Assembly: GCA_002633005.1 (NCBI GenBank)
Contig: NMRA01000445.1
Span: 124,001 to 188,000 of the forward strand
Reading direction: 5' to 3'
DNA length: 64,000 nucleotides
Source: Phoronis australis
Lineage: Eukaryota > Animalia > Phoronida
Position 1 is the first letter of the stretch, and each line of letters begins with the position of its first letter. The position numbers and the translations under genes were made by a program. Under the pieces are notes generated by a model. That model searched no databases and was not told the origin of the DNA. It saw nothing but the letters and a program-made list of their open reading frames with translations. This document shows positions 50,577-63,467 of the stretch, piece after piece.

Positions 50577-53122
50577 GTTACATTTATATAATTCTAAAAT
50601 CTTGTTAAAATCATTGCTTTCTAGCAAAATTAGCACAAGTTGTTGCTTTGCCTTATTCTACATAAACAACATAGGACCATTAAAACAGGTAAGTCATAAA
50701 CCAACAAAGAGAACACAAAATAAAAACGAATTCAAAAAATACTAACCATCATCTCAAGTTGCCTCCTTAAAACGCAGCCCATGGTGTGAAAGAGAGGTCC
50801 TTGTGTCATCCATCAGCCTGAAAAATCTAACTGATACAGTTAGAATTTTGTTTTAATTTAGATCTATAACGCTTGAATGTTTCTTATTCTAATTTAAAAA
50901 ATTTCTCTATCAATATTCCAGGCTTTGGTATACAAAATCCATAGGGGGTAATGAAACAATTTCCTTCTCAACCAGGACCATAAGCCCTTTGTAAAGCTAT
51001 GTTTAAGTTACACAGTCCGACTGGAACAGTTGTATGAATTGAGAGTTGGGTTCAAAAAGAACTATTTTCTTTGACCTTGCATAACAGTTTCAATGGGCCT
51101 ACTGTGTGTGAACAACATCCACGGTTTGCAACTGTAGATGCAAAATTTTAAGCCACTATTAGACTAGTTCCTCCTTCTAGCCCAAAATTTCTAGACAAAG
51201 AGTCAGTAAAATGAAAGAATTGAAAGAAAAGGTAGGAAAACTTCTAAAAGGTGGAATTGTTGGCCTACGTAACATATTACAAGTTGACTCATGTATCATG
51301 AGTGAGTCCATATTGCCACAATGAGGAAATGCAAACACTTTTTGTTACATTCTATTAGTTAAGCTGCTGTAAACCCCTCCTTTATCAAATAAACTTTTGA
51401 CTAGACCACCTATGTTGTAAAACTGGTCTCCTCTATATCCTTATTTAGCTTAGCGGTGGTTTCTTTGCTTTGAAGAACTGGTATATTGTTATTGCTCAAA
51501 ACAAGGATTAACAAATTTGCCTCATCATAGCAGAAAATTTCATGTGATAAATATGGTATTAAGCGCCAATGGAGACCAGGGTAGAGTTCAGTAACGCTAT
51601 GACCTCGCTCAAAAGCATGACTTCACAAGATTACGTTAGATATTGCCGTATATTTTAAATGAGAAGACGTGACTTTGTCTAGATTTTAGCAAGGTCCCAG
51701 CATAGGTCCTAGCATCACTGAACTCTACAGAGATTGTTTAACAATGTTAGCAGATCACTTGCACTTATGTAAATCAAGTTCCTTTGTTGGAAAGCAGTTT
51801 ATACCCTTGCTTAAGTTAAATTTAATTTTAAGTGAACGAATAGACCTGACATGATAAAATAAGTGCAATAAATGCAAACTGAACAAATTTAATTTATAAA
51901 GTACAACATGATCAATAGGCCTATATCTCATCTTCTGCTCATTTGAATATTCCCTTTTCTGGTGGCATTTGGTTTCTGCAGCCGTAGCGAATGTTTCAGC
52001 CCCAGAAAAATTAGAGAAATCAAATTTGAAACGACCTCTTACTTATCAAAGTTGATGAACCGAGATACAAATTAAAGCGTGGAACAGTAAATGTGGAAAA
52101 CAATTTTACCGATTCAGTGCACTTTGAGTTAATGTCATTCATTTCTTCGGCAAATGACTTCGCGTTTTCTTGAGAAATGACACATTTTGACATTTTGTTT
52201 CTTTGGGGCCTTGGGCCCTAACTACCGTGCATTCGTGGACGTGGGCAACGACAAACAACTCGCACATTTCGGGGAATTTGGACTTAATCTGACAAAATTT
52301 TGGATCAAAATTGCCATAACTTACCTATTTGAAAATCAGTAAAACCGCCGTTCCTTTTATGCTAAGATTTTCTTCAATTTCTTGAAATTCCTTTTACTTT
52401 TGAATCAGTTTTACAACTTCTCGACTTTTGTCGTCAGGTTTAATAACTGCTTAGTACCGACGTCAAAATTATACGCACTAAAAGATAGTGCGAGAATGAG
52501 GAAGACAAAACAAGCTAACATTTAACTTTGTTTTCAAAGAAATAGAATTTCAAAGATTAAATCGTAAAATATCTTTAAACTTGTATAATTATTTCAAAGT
52601 TTTGAATTCCGTTTCACATTGACCCAATTAAAACTGTAACAGTTTTGTTTTTGTTATTAATTACTGCGCACCCCTTTAACGTAATCGTCTCTATGTGACG
52701 TATTGTCTTTCACAGAGTGCCGCTTCCAATCAAAGTCGAAATTCATTGTTTTAGAAGATGACGTTCTTTTCATTGTTATATTTTTGCATAGAGAACGCTC
52801 ATGAAGGTAGTTCTTATGAAAAATTAGAATAAATTTAATTCAAAGTCGTTCAGTTAACTCCAGCATTTACGATAAAAAATTACCAACAAACTGGGCTTCT
52901 TAATGAAAACACGTACGAAACACGGACAACATAATTTCTGTCGCACTTGCGTTTGGGCTACAGGACAGTAGGTGCTGGGCCCGGGGGATTCACTCATACT
53001 GACAAGATGGCCGCAAGCGCGTGCCAAAAATTGTGTGTAGGCGGTATTTTTCAGTAAGATTTGCTGGACCTGCGCGCCGAGGGTCCAATAGGCCCCCTAA
53101 ATTTCCATTTCGTAGGGGTGAA

Positions 53123-53461
53123 AAATGTTACTAGACAGGATTCCACACACAGAGATAAGGGAGCAAACAGGAGTAATGGACTTCATCAAGACAATTCTGA
53201 AATTGAAATATAGGTGGGGCGGACACGTCGCCAGAGCACAGGACAACAGATGGACAAAAATATGCACAGAGGGGCAACCCATGCAGATATGGAAAGAGAT
53301 CAAAATGACGGCCCCAAGACAGATGGAGAGATGACATCGTGAAGACAAGAGGCACAACGTCGCGGATGAGAGCGGGAAGAGACAGAACAAATTGGAAGGC
53401 ATTGTCGGAGGGCTACATCCTGCAGTGGATTGACAATGCCTAGGGTCAGAGTCGGTCAGTC
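53123..53461 (+). mobile_element. 5'-truncated RTE-clade LINE 3' end with 9-bp TSD
   Basis: Peptide DRIPHTEIREQTGV.D..KLKYRWGGHVAR..DNRWTK...RWRDDI...RDRTNWK is typical of RTE ORF C-termini. GTCA-type repeat tail. Flanked by AGGGGTGAA at 53114-53122 and 53462-53470. Confidence 0.85.
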
Positions 53462-53529
53462 AGGGGTGAACCAGAAAAATCTACCTCGCAAAAGGAGGGT
53501 GGGAATTAGCAGACCTGGCACCAGTGCTG

Positions 53530-53710
53530 TAGTGCGGCGTAGGCGCACGTAGGCGCAGCCAACCTGACCTTTTTGCTTTTTAACCAGAGTCTACTCACAG
53601 TAAGTTACGGCATAGTGGGGCGTAAGCGCACGTAGGTGGAGCCAACCACCTTTCTACGTTTTAACGTAGCGCCTACGCGCCGAAAAGTGACGGTATAGGG
53701 AGGCGTAGTC
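53530..53710. repeat. Cluster of GGCGTAGGCGCACGTAGG motif copies (direct and inverted)
   Basis: TAGTG[C/G]GGCGTA[G/A]GCGCACGTAGG..[C/G]AGCCAACC at ~53530 and ~53613, with an inverted GCGCCTACG at ~53669. Probably subterminal repeats of a decayed DNA transposon. Confidence 0.55.
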
Positions 53711-54399
53711 TCGATACGATAGCTTAAGGCATCATTGGCTACTCTCATTGTTGCCGATTATTTCGGAGTGCGTGACCACCAGGCATAAATGTATACTCGC
53801 CGAGTAATGGGAAGGCTAAGGTTTCACAACATAGGTGGATAAAGGGAGGGGGGGGGGGGGTGACGAAGGGCCCCGAGGACACACACCACCGGAGACTATA
53901 ATCGCCGCCAGAATATCGTTTCTGGGCGTTACACTCCTATTTTCCTTTATAATTGTGCTTGGGCCTAGTTCAGAGACCGCTAGGGATTCACTCGGACCTT
54001 TGCCCTCGAATGTATGGTGGACCCTCTTTCTGCGATATCCAAGATCCCCCACTGCAGAATCCATGTAAATATCCCCTCGTGAGTCAAAAAAGTAGGCCCA
54101 AACGTTTGTGAGTCAGGTTTTGCGAGTTCAATGCACTTTTAAAATTCAGCGCTCATCGCGATACGATGGCCTTTTGGCGCTTACTTACCTCTAATTCTGC
54201 CACTGCAGCACTGCCTGGAACCCGCAATAGGGGTCTCTCAGTAAGTTTTGGTACACGTCTGCGGGCACCTTGTCAATATGATTGGCCCTTCGGGAAGCTG
54301 GGGAACCTAAATCTTCGAGTGCTCGCATTTTATAACGATAAGTGGCCTTGATCAAAACTTGTTTTGGATGGAAAGTCATTCTGGTTTAATGCCGCATAA

Positions 54400-54990
54400 C
54401 ACACTTGAGTGGAATATTTCACCAAACCCAACGCGCTTGGTGAGAAGAACGTGGCAAATGAGACTCATCGCCGTTGTGACTCGAGTGTCCCTTTACCTGA
54501 GAACTTTATGAGTTCACCTGAGTTTGCAGGAGCCATTAGCGAGGCAATTACACGAATTGAAAATCAGGAAACTGTGAACATGGCTTATGATTGTTTTTCC
54601 AATATCTTATTTTCACAAATGGACACTCATCTCTCGTCTAAGAATGTTGGTAAACGTTCACGCAAAAAATACAAGCACCACAAGCCTTACTGGAATGCAC
54701 ATTTATGTGCCAGAAGGAATTTCAAAGAGAATTTTTGAAATGCAAAGGAATAGTGCAGTAAAGAAGGTATTTAGAAAAGTATTTAAAACTGTCCAACACA
54801 ATTTTGACAAACTTTTGAGAAATACTTAGACAGCTTAAAACAAAACCTTAATGGAAAAGATCGAAAATCTCAATACTGAAAATCCTCAGATATTCTGGGA
54901 CCACATCAAGAGACTTGGTCTAAGAAGTAATGAAACTGTGCATTTCGAGATTTATGATGAAGATGAGTCAGTTCGCACGAATCTGAATTG
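54400..54990 (+). pseudogene. Decayed non-LTR retrotransposon ORF2 fragment (endonuclease-RT linker)
   Basis: Frameshifted peptides KPYWNAHL, FKTVQHNFDKLLR and IENLNTENPQIFWDHIKRLG resemble the linker region of CR1/RTEX-like LINEs. Clade uncertain. Confidence 0.6.
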
Positions 54991-55054
54991 TTCGAGGATA
55001 GTTTACAAGCCAAAGAATATATTGAAGGTTTAATGTCGTCCCCTGCTTACTTAT

Positions 55055-55208
55055 CATGGGCCGCGCACCATAGGGGGCTGGGGGGGGCTATAGCCCCCAC
55101 TTTTTCAGGGCTGCACCGCCCATAGACCATGGTCTATGGGCGTTGCACCACAGGGGGGCTGGGGGAGGGGGCTTTAGCCCCACTTCTTTCAGTGCTGTGC
55201 CGGCCATG
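55055..55208. repeat. Third dimer of the ~70-bp micro-MITE family
   Basis: CATGGGCCGCGCACCATAGGGGGCTGGGGGGGGCTATAGCCCCC...CCGCCCATAGACCATGGTCTATGGGCG...GGCCATG. Confidence 0.75.
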
Positions 55209-55414
55209 CATATGCAATGACGAACTTAACTCTGGCAGTACTGTGCAAGAAGTTCAGAGAATTGTATACAAGCAAAACCTAACAAAGCGATGGGTATTGT
55301 AGTCACTACACTGTGACACAGCGCCAACTATTCTGAAAAGTGGCCCTCTGGAAACATGATGAACGGCACACGGAATTCTGTGTGTGCCTGCGCGTGCCTT
55401 GATCGGAACTATAT

Positions 55415-55827
55415 AACCTGGGCCTGGTCTCTAATCTTTGTACTCGAAACGAACTCGAAACTATTTTTGGCAATTTCTCTGCTCCTTTTGTGCTAACTTA
55501 AGATAATTGGTTATCAGACTGTGCTCGAATACATTATAGTTTATGCATAGGAGTTTCTAGTTCAAGTTTGCCCTTGAAGGCCCTTATATTCGTGCTACAA
55601 ACTTGAGTAAAAACTCGAAATTTCGAGTTCAAACTCGAACTTATTGCTTTGATATTGGGTTTACAAACTGTGAACTAAGGGCAATAAATTATCTACGTAA
55701 GTTATTGTGTACTCGAGCATAGAATAGTAGACACTTATCTTGAGTTCGCCCAAAAGTAGAGTAGAAAATGCCAAATCTGATTTCGAGTTCCGTTTCGAGT
55801 AAAAAGATTGGAGACCGGGCCCTGGTT
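55415..55827. mobile_element. TCGA-rich MITE with ~23-bp TIRs
   Basis: Left end AACCTGGGCCTGGTCTCTAATCT vs right end AGATTGGAGACCGGGCCCTGGTT (3 mismatches). Subterminal ACTCGAAACG.AACTCGAAA motifs are inverted at the two ends. No clear TSD. Confidence 0.75.
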
Positions 55828-56152
55828 CCCGGGTCTCACAAGCTGACGTCACCTCGAGGGTCTGTGGAAGAGACAAGGTATACTGATCACATCGCTTCAA
55901 ACACTTGCATACACCTTTATGCACTGCACTTGTTTGGGCGTTTACCACTAAACCGGGGTTTCCTTGATTTCCGTTTACTTCGATTACTGTCAGTTTAATA
56001 AATTCAAGTCAAAGATGGTGGCCATGTAACATTAAACTGAAACGGGTTTCCCAGATTTCAACCAATGGCAATGACTGAATGTTATGACGTCGGTTTCTTT
56101 TTTACATGTATTCACAATGAGCACATTAACAACAACACAAAAGGCAAGAAGA

Positions 56153-56192
56153 ACACACACGCACACGTACACGCACACACACACACACANNN

Positions 56193-56247
<55 letters not shown>

Positions 56248-56260
56248 CACACCTCACACT
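56153..56260. repeat. (CA)n microsatellite containing an NN gap
   Basis: Seen directly; lies in the 3' UTR of the LINE. Confidence 0.97.
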
Positions 56261-58384
56261 TAATCCTTTTGACTACTAAGAAAAAACAGTTTCAAGATTA
56301 CACCATCTTTTTTCTACAAATTCTGAATTCAAATCTTTACGAGCACTATACTTTTCACTCATATAATATTGTTTGATGAAGTTAAAAATATGCTTGGAAG
56401 TAATGTTTTTGATCCGAACTTTTGGGTATAAATAAACCGTTTACCCAATAATAAAACAATGTTTTTAAATTTATCGTTTCTATCAAGAAAGTCAAAGATA
56501 ACATTGCTGCAGGAGAGAGTGCCGACACACTGGAGATTTGTTTTGTTTAAAATTTCATTATTAACTTTTTGTCCAAAATGAATTTACTATTTCACATTCC
56601 CAAAATAAGTGTTTCAAAGTCTCTTTCGATTGTCCACAAAAGGAACAGGAGTCGTCATCCGTAACTTTGATTATTTTTAAAAATGAATTAGTTGTCAAAA
56701 TTCTCGCCAAGAGTCTAGTGAACTGAAGCCATCTAATTCTTGGGTTTCTTGTTGAGTTATATAAAAGGGAATACTCATCTTCCCATGAAAAATTATTTGT
56801 ATTTACGTTCAATTCTTTGGCCCAATTTGACTCCGCTCTTGAGACTTCGGAACCATAATTTAATTGTGTACAAATTTGTTGACATCCTCTCCGACCACTT
56901 TTCAGTTTCATTAGAATCGCTGGCTTAACAGGACAATACGCTTCAAAACGAAAAACTCTTTCAATACCACATTTTTGTTGGTACTTAAATATCACTGAAA
57001 TTAGACTATCGTACTCCATAAAGTTCGTTTTGATATCTAAAACATCCACATTATATCTATAGTTAAAAATATTACTGTCTGACGAAAACAAATTAGTCTT
57101 TAATAAAGACTATGCCTCCATGGCACCAATTCCTGTATATTTTGCCCGGCCTGCAGGTCACCGTTAAATCATAAAGGTTGGTTAAGAAAATCTATCTGAT
57201 TTTTTATTTTAAAACGATTTCCAAAGGAGATTACATATTCAAAAAATTCTTTCCAGAAGTGATTATCAATACTGGGCAAATTTATCTTGAGAAAGTCAAC
57301 TCCATACTTGGCGAAATTTTTAATTTCAGGAAAAATCAAATGAAGCAAATGGGCCATCTTAGACTGACCATTTACAAATTTTGTTAACATATTAATCTTT
57401 CAAGCCTTACAGAATGAAAATATGTTAATCATTCTAATACCCCTTCGTTATAATTACAAACAGCTCGAGAACGCTTAATTTTGACACTGCGACTTTGCCA
57501 GAGGAATTTTAAAAACATTGAGTTCAGTTTTTCTATAATATGATTCGAAGACTGTGGCAAGAATATCAGAAGATGTACAGTTTTTGAAACCGCAAGCGCC
57601 TCGATATCTGTAATCCTCCCGAAAGGCGTCAAAATTCGTTTGGACCAATTAAAAATGATTTCAATATCTTTTAATTTCACCAAGTGATTCTGGTCTGCCA
57701 TATCATGTAAGCTGACTTGGGAATTAATCCCCAAGAACATGAAATTTGTTTCGGTCCATGATAACTGTTTTCTGATAGATTTTTTCAGCACTGTTAGCCA
57801 TACTGCCAATTCAAATGGCTTTTGTTTTTTCAACATTGACCCAGAGGCTGGAGAAATGAGCAAACAGATTTACAACATTTAAAGAAGACCGTAAAGACAT
57901 CTAAGAGCCATCTAAACTAACGAAGTGTCATCAGCATATTGGGTTAGTAAGTACTCACTATCCATAATTTTGATTCCATTGATATTTTTGTTGTGTCTGA
58001 TCATGAGAGCCAAAAGTTCGGCACAAATAATAAATAGATAAGGAGACAATGGGTAACCTTGTCTAACTCCTCTCTGAATATTAAACCAACGAGAAGGTTG
58101 GCCAGTAACTATAACACAGGATTTGATATTTTTATAAAAAAAACTTTGACCCACCTCTTGATTGGCCACCCAAGGTTAAAAAAGACAAAGCTTTTTCAAC
58201 GAAACCCCACGACAATTAGACAAAAGCTTTTTCGAAATCTATAAGAAGTAGTAGCCCAGGTATTTGAACGAACTTCTGTGAATAATAGAACAGATCGTAT
58301 ACAACACGAATGTTATCAGTCAAATTCCTTCACAGGATGTAGCCATTCTGGTCCTCATGAATAATTTCCCTAACACAGACTTAA

Positions 58385-60013
58385 AGGAGAATTCCATCCG
58401 ATTTAATTAGTCTTTTTTACCATCTTAATCGGTCTATACCCACACCGCATCTTACACGCTCGACCTCACCTTGCCGAGAGGTGTAGCGTTAACCTGTGAG
58501 GAAGTTGAGAAACGACGCAGCGACGTCAGTGGTTCGTCTGCAGAGTGAATGCCGCTATATTGCTGTGCATCGTTCCCGCTTGTCCGAACAATGAAGCTGC
58601 GAAGAAAGCGGGTATATCGTTTTTTCTACTTTTAGTCCGCGAGAGCCCGAAATGCTTAGGAAGTGGCTCGCGGTAGTGAAGAATGAAAGGTAGGCTGTTA
58701 ATAGCAAGTAACATCTCCGTGTCTGTGACCCGCATTTCGTCGACAGTGATTTCTCAGACGAATTCCAGCTTACCGAAGAACTATCCATACGTTCCATTGC
58801 CTGTGTATATTCACGGCGCCTCTCTAGTATTTCTTGATCAGTGTATTCCGGTTCGAACTGATAGCCTGTGAAACCTAACGATCCGACCCGTGAAGTCTTC
58901 GTCGCCTGAGCTCTTGACCAAGTCGGGATTGGCGCGGGGCGAGTTGCCTTTTATTAGTAGACGTTTATTATTTTGCGTTCTGTTTCAAAATGAATTATTC
59001 TCAACTAACAAATGCTTAAATGAAACTGAAACAAAGTATATCTCATTAGATACAGTTTGTAATGCCTTGGAGTGCTCGTGAGTGCAAATGTTTTGAGAAG
59101 CCAGCAATGAATAAACCACTGCGTTACCGGCTTTTGATGCCAGCAACAAGTAATGACCGGGCACCGAGGCCGTGTGAGCGCATGCTAATTCAGTGTTTGC
59201 TGACAGAAAGTTGTTGTGAAGCAATTACTCGATTTTATATGCTATGGTCACTTGTTACGGGAATCTTTATTTAGAAATACAAATACAATATTCAAATCAT
59301 TGTTACTGTACAACCTTTGCCCTGACGGTCTGTGGAAGGGGAACCCCATGACATCGCGGCCCCCGACAAGTAAGTGGATTTTCAGTTTCGTGGCTAATTC
59401 ACATATATAATTACGTTCAGATTGTGACTGGAGGTTAATTAGTTTCCAACTCAAGCAGGTTTATGTTCGTGCCAGTGCCGGAGGCCGCGACGGGCCTGAT
59501 CGGGTTCCGAACCACTGGCCGGGATAGCAAGCGTTTTGTGTGTTTAGAACTCAAAAAATCACAAGTATAACAACACAGATCTAAGTTCTCCTGTCTGCAT
59601 TTCACGAAAGAATACTTCGAATTTATCTCCGAACAGACCCCAAACTCCTCATTGCTCCGAACATTAGCCTGCCGAACTTTGTAGGCTACGGTGTGTCCAA
59701 ATACCAATAAATCCGTAACAGCGAAATAAAACAACACGTTTTTATAAGAACTCGGTGTGTTTTTAAGGGTTTTACATCGAAGTTTGATGATTTATTGGTG
59801 TTAAACGATGAATTCAAGCGATAAGCTGACACCAGTAACCCGTGTTGTGAACTGCTGAACAGACTGTGTGTGAAACCAATTACGTCATAGGATAATTTCA
59901 ACACCTCCGTGTGCCGTCAGGTGTCAGGTAAGGCAACCGAACTTGCTGTAGTCGAGTAGAACTACTCGATCTAAATTGATACAAATTAGGTTGTTTTTTG
60001 GGTGGCATTCTCC
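58385..60013 (+). mobile_element. Kolobok-like non-autonomous DNA transposon nested in the LINE RT domain
   Basis: Begins TTAA|AGGAGAATTCCATCC. The right end GGGTGGCATTCTCC is the imperfect inverted repeat. It separates the RT peptide ...SAAIAER from (L)KSVLGKIIHEDQ. TTAA target plus a purine-purine start fits Kolobok; the right-hand TTAA is missing. Confidence 0.75.
58549..58790 (+). pseudogene. Degenerate THAP zinc-finger (C2CH) coding remnant
   Basis: Stitched across frameshifts and stops: MPLYC-CIVPACPNNEAAKKAGISFF-PREPEMLRKWLAVVK...HLRVCDPHFVDSDF, matching the C-x-VP-x-C...W...C-x-x-HF THAP signature. Confidence 0.8.
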
Positions 60014-61775
60014 GTTCCGCAATTGCTGCAGACGTTATTTTGTAGGTTACATTGAGAAGAGAAATAGGACGCCAGTTTTTTGAGAAAGCGTTTAGTTTTG
60101 TCTGCACTTTTGAGAATACAGGTAATAATACCCTTTTTCTTAGTGCATGGTAGTTGACCCATAGCGAAGCTGATATTTATAGATCGGAGTACAAAAATAT
60201 CCATATTATCCCAAAAGAATTTTAAAAAATTCAATGGTAAACCAATCAGAGCCACGACACTTATTGTTTTTCATTTTTTCAAACATTTGGTGATTTCCTC
60301 ATAAGTCAAAAGACCTTCAAGTTCGTTTTTTTTTTCATTTTCATCCAGCCTAGGACATGTTACCTCTTCTAAGAAATCGCCTAAGCTATCATCAGTAGTT
60401 GTCCTAGCTCTAGAGATTTTCATAAAGAGAGCAGTCTCTTGTATAATTTCAGACTCTCTCCCCGTTTTCGTATTATCTGATTTCTCCAGGAAGGGTATGT
60501 GTTTAGCTGTAAATGTCTATTTTCTAAATGTAAAAAAATATTTGGAGGGCACTTTTCCTTCCTCGATCCATCTCGCTTTGGACCTGGTCATTGCCATACA
60601 GTCGTACTTTCCTCAGCTCAATCAACTGAGAGCGCTTCTCGGCGATGGAGCCTGTGTCTAAATTTCCGGCTTTTTCTAATTTATCAATTTCGTCTCAAAG
60701 CATAGACTCTGATCTGTCCACCTGTTTTTTTTCAAATAACAAGAAAAAGAAATGGTTCCACCACGAATCTCCAACAGAACAGTTTCTAAAAATAGCTGAT
60801 CATTGATACATAACTGCAAATCAGTGTCTGCAATGTTATCTGTGACACAATCTTTATCATAGACATATTGTAGTTTAACACGTCTGAAAACTTCTTTTAC
60901 ATGAGTAACATCTTTCGAATTATCCAAGAGAGAATTATTAAATTTCTAAAATGTTTTTTTTTTCTTCTGTGGAACACAAAATTTAAATGATAGGGTTACC
61001 ATCGAGTGATTTGTTCTATAAGAAGTTTCAATTCTGGCTTCGTCTAACTCCGCCCGTAAACCTTCAGAAATTAGAAAAAAATCTAGACGGGAACGCTTAG
61101 TGCCAGATCTCCACGTAAATTCAGCACTACTAGGATTTAACTCGCGCTATGCATTAAAGAGACCAAATCGGAAAAGATTTTCAAAACCTTATCTCTAGAT
61201 TTTGGATTATTTACATGACGATAATTACAAGTACCAAGTACTTGATTTAAAACTAAATCAAAACCACCTGTCCAAATAATCGGATGATTAGCAAAGTCAA
61301 CAATCGTCTGGTTTACTCCCTCAAAAAATCATGATCGTCTTTATTTGGACCATAAGTATTCAGTATCCTACCAATTCTATCATTTACAGCTATATTGAGT
61401 AATAGCATATTGCCTTTTTTATCATGTTTTTAGTAAAAATTTGACTTCAAAATTATTATTCAACAAAATAGCCACACCCCTGAAATTAGACTTGTATGAG
61501 ATAATAAACGTTTATATCCCCATGGTGACCTGATAAATTTCTCGTTTTTCTGCAGAAAGTGAGTATCTTGCATATAATAAATTGGGTATTTTTTATTTAA
61601 GAAAGTTAAAAATATCTCTTTGTTTTTCGTGGTGACCCAAACCTTGACAATTTTTATGTGCTCTGACAAAATGCTATTTGAAAGGAACAAAAAATGAGTG
61701 GGCACTCATGATCAGCACCAGTTCAGGAGCTAATACATAACATGGTAACAGCAGTGGGGATTAGACATTTAAGTT

Positions 61776-61853
61776 CACGCACACACGCACACACACACAC
61801 ACGCACACACACACGCACACACACACACACACACAAAACACACACACACACAC

Positions 61854-61884
<31 letters not shown>
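61776..61884. repeat. Compound (CA)n/(CAA)n microsatellite between LINE ORF1 and ORF2
   Basis: Seen directly. Confidence 0.97.
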
Positions 61885-63031
61885 AGAAAGTGAACAGCGC
61901 AAGACAACACATAACATGAAGTTAGTGCCCCCTTCGACTTCTCATAGAGTCAAAAGTTTGTAAATTATATAGCACCCTCCATCAAGGACTATGATAGTCT
62001 TCAAACGTGCATGAAAAAAACCTCGGGCAAGAGCACCACATTCAAAAGCCTTCCAAATAGTTCAGATCCTTCACTTGGTAAATACAATTAGTCTTGTCTT
62101 TGAAATAAATGCGTCCATCTCTGGTCCAGTAACTGTTAATCAGGGGTTCTAGATCTCTGACTGCCTCGAATAGCACTGTTCTCCTCTGCGTAAGACTCTC
62201 ATTGATGAAAATGCCAGGCCTCCCTGCATCTCCGATCGCAGCATTCTTCTATTCCGGATAAACTCTGAACGGGCATTATATGTTGTGAATTTTACAACAA
62301 TAGGACGAGGCTTCTGGCCCTGGGGGTTGACTTTACCCGTTCTATGCGAGCGGCTAATATCCGATCTTTGGATGTTCACGTTAATCTTGGTCGCCAGTTC
62401 TACAACAATATCATCTGTGCATTCACTGTGAGTTTCACTTTTGCCCGATATAACCATATAACCAACACGTATCGGCGATTGTACTGTTGTTGCTTGTCAA
62501 AATCTCTTTCCAGATTCGAAAATTGTTTCTGCGTTTGAATTTTCAGTTCATTCCACAGGCACCTTTAATCAGCCCTCAACTATACACTCAGTGCCTGTGG
62601 TTCATTGGCAGCTCAGAATTCAAAACCGCAATCTCACGGTCCCTCTCTCGTAGCTTATCCTCAAATTTCATCTCTATACCTTTTGCTAAATCATTCAGTT
62701 TCTCGTCAATCCACGTTTGAAACATATTCTTAAAACACTGCTGGACGTCAGGATCAAGAAAAGTTGCCTCCAAGTCATTCCTAATAGAGTCACCCCCGGA
62801 GCCGGTCATACCTTTTGCTGACTTCAAAGTTTCCTCTAAAGTTGGTTGCTCTAGACCAGTATTTCCAGCCAGGCTCTGATTTGTGCGATGTCCTTGCTTG
62901 GCTGACGCTTACGTGACGGCGTCTGCTCAGTTCGGTGAAAACTAACAGTATCGGGGAGCTCACTCGCAGCACTTACAGAACGTGTTCGCGCTTCATGACA
63001 GATCGACATGACGTCACTTTCATTACTTTAA

Positions 63032-63467
63032 AGCCTATCTTCAATGGTAACACTTACCATTGAAGATAAGCAAGTGACATGTAAATTTGGTTCTTACGGT
63101 ATGTGAAGAATATCGCTCTGAGCCCACTAGTGCCATAAATTGCCAGATGTAACGAATTGTTAGGCGTATTAGCTTGCTTTTGTCTACGTCACCGCGAGAA
63201 TCACCTTTTAATTCAAACAGCTGCGACTGAATAACACTCGCACGCAATGGTGTTCTATTTGGACCCCTATCAATACAACCTTTTGTTGTTTGTGCTGGGA
63301 TCTTGCGGTGACGCAACATGGCACGAAAGGGCAGCTTCACTTATCATTTGAAGGGCTTACACTCGCGTGATTGAACTCGCGTTTTCTTATTTTACAAAGG
63401 CTTTGCTAGGACTATCTAGTTATAGCCTAATACATCTAAAGTAACAAAATTCCATTGAAGTTAGGCT
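63032..63467 (+). mobile_element. Kolobok-like MITE with intact TTAA TSDs
   Basis: TTAA (63028-63031) | AGCCTATCTTCAATGG ... CCATTGAAGTTAGGCT | TTAA (63468-63471); 15/16 TIR match. Second copy at 35373-35779. Confidence 0.85.

Larger units (their letters stand above)
56098..63007 (-). mobile_element. Near-full-length decayed L1/Tx1-type LINE (ORF1 + APE endonuclease + RT + CCHC), interrupted by a DNA transposon
   Basis: ORF1 remnants 62827-62050 (coiled coil, DISRSHR..KPRPIVVKF). APE motifs MQDTHF and SRLDFFLIS (61650-60900). RT motifs KNWRPISLLNVTYKI, DFEKAF, GVRQGYPLSPYLF, QYADDTSL. CSFCGQSKETLKHLFWEC near 56600. A-rich 3' end at 56098. Candidate 14-bp TSD ATGACGTCGGTTTC (56084-56097) / ATGACGTCACTTTC (63008-63021). 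Many stops and frameshifts. Confidence 0.92.

Noticed and set aside
56032-56376. VC/HT-repeat ORFs here and at 61723-61963
   Set aside because: They are translations of (CA)n and (CAA)n microsatellites.
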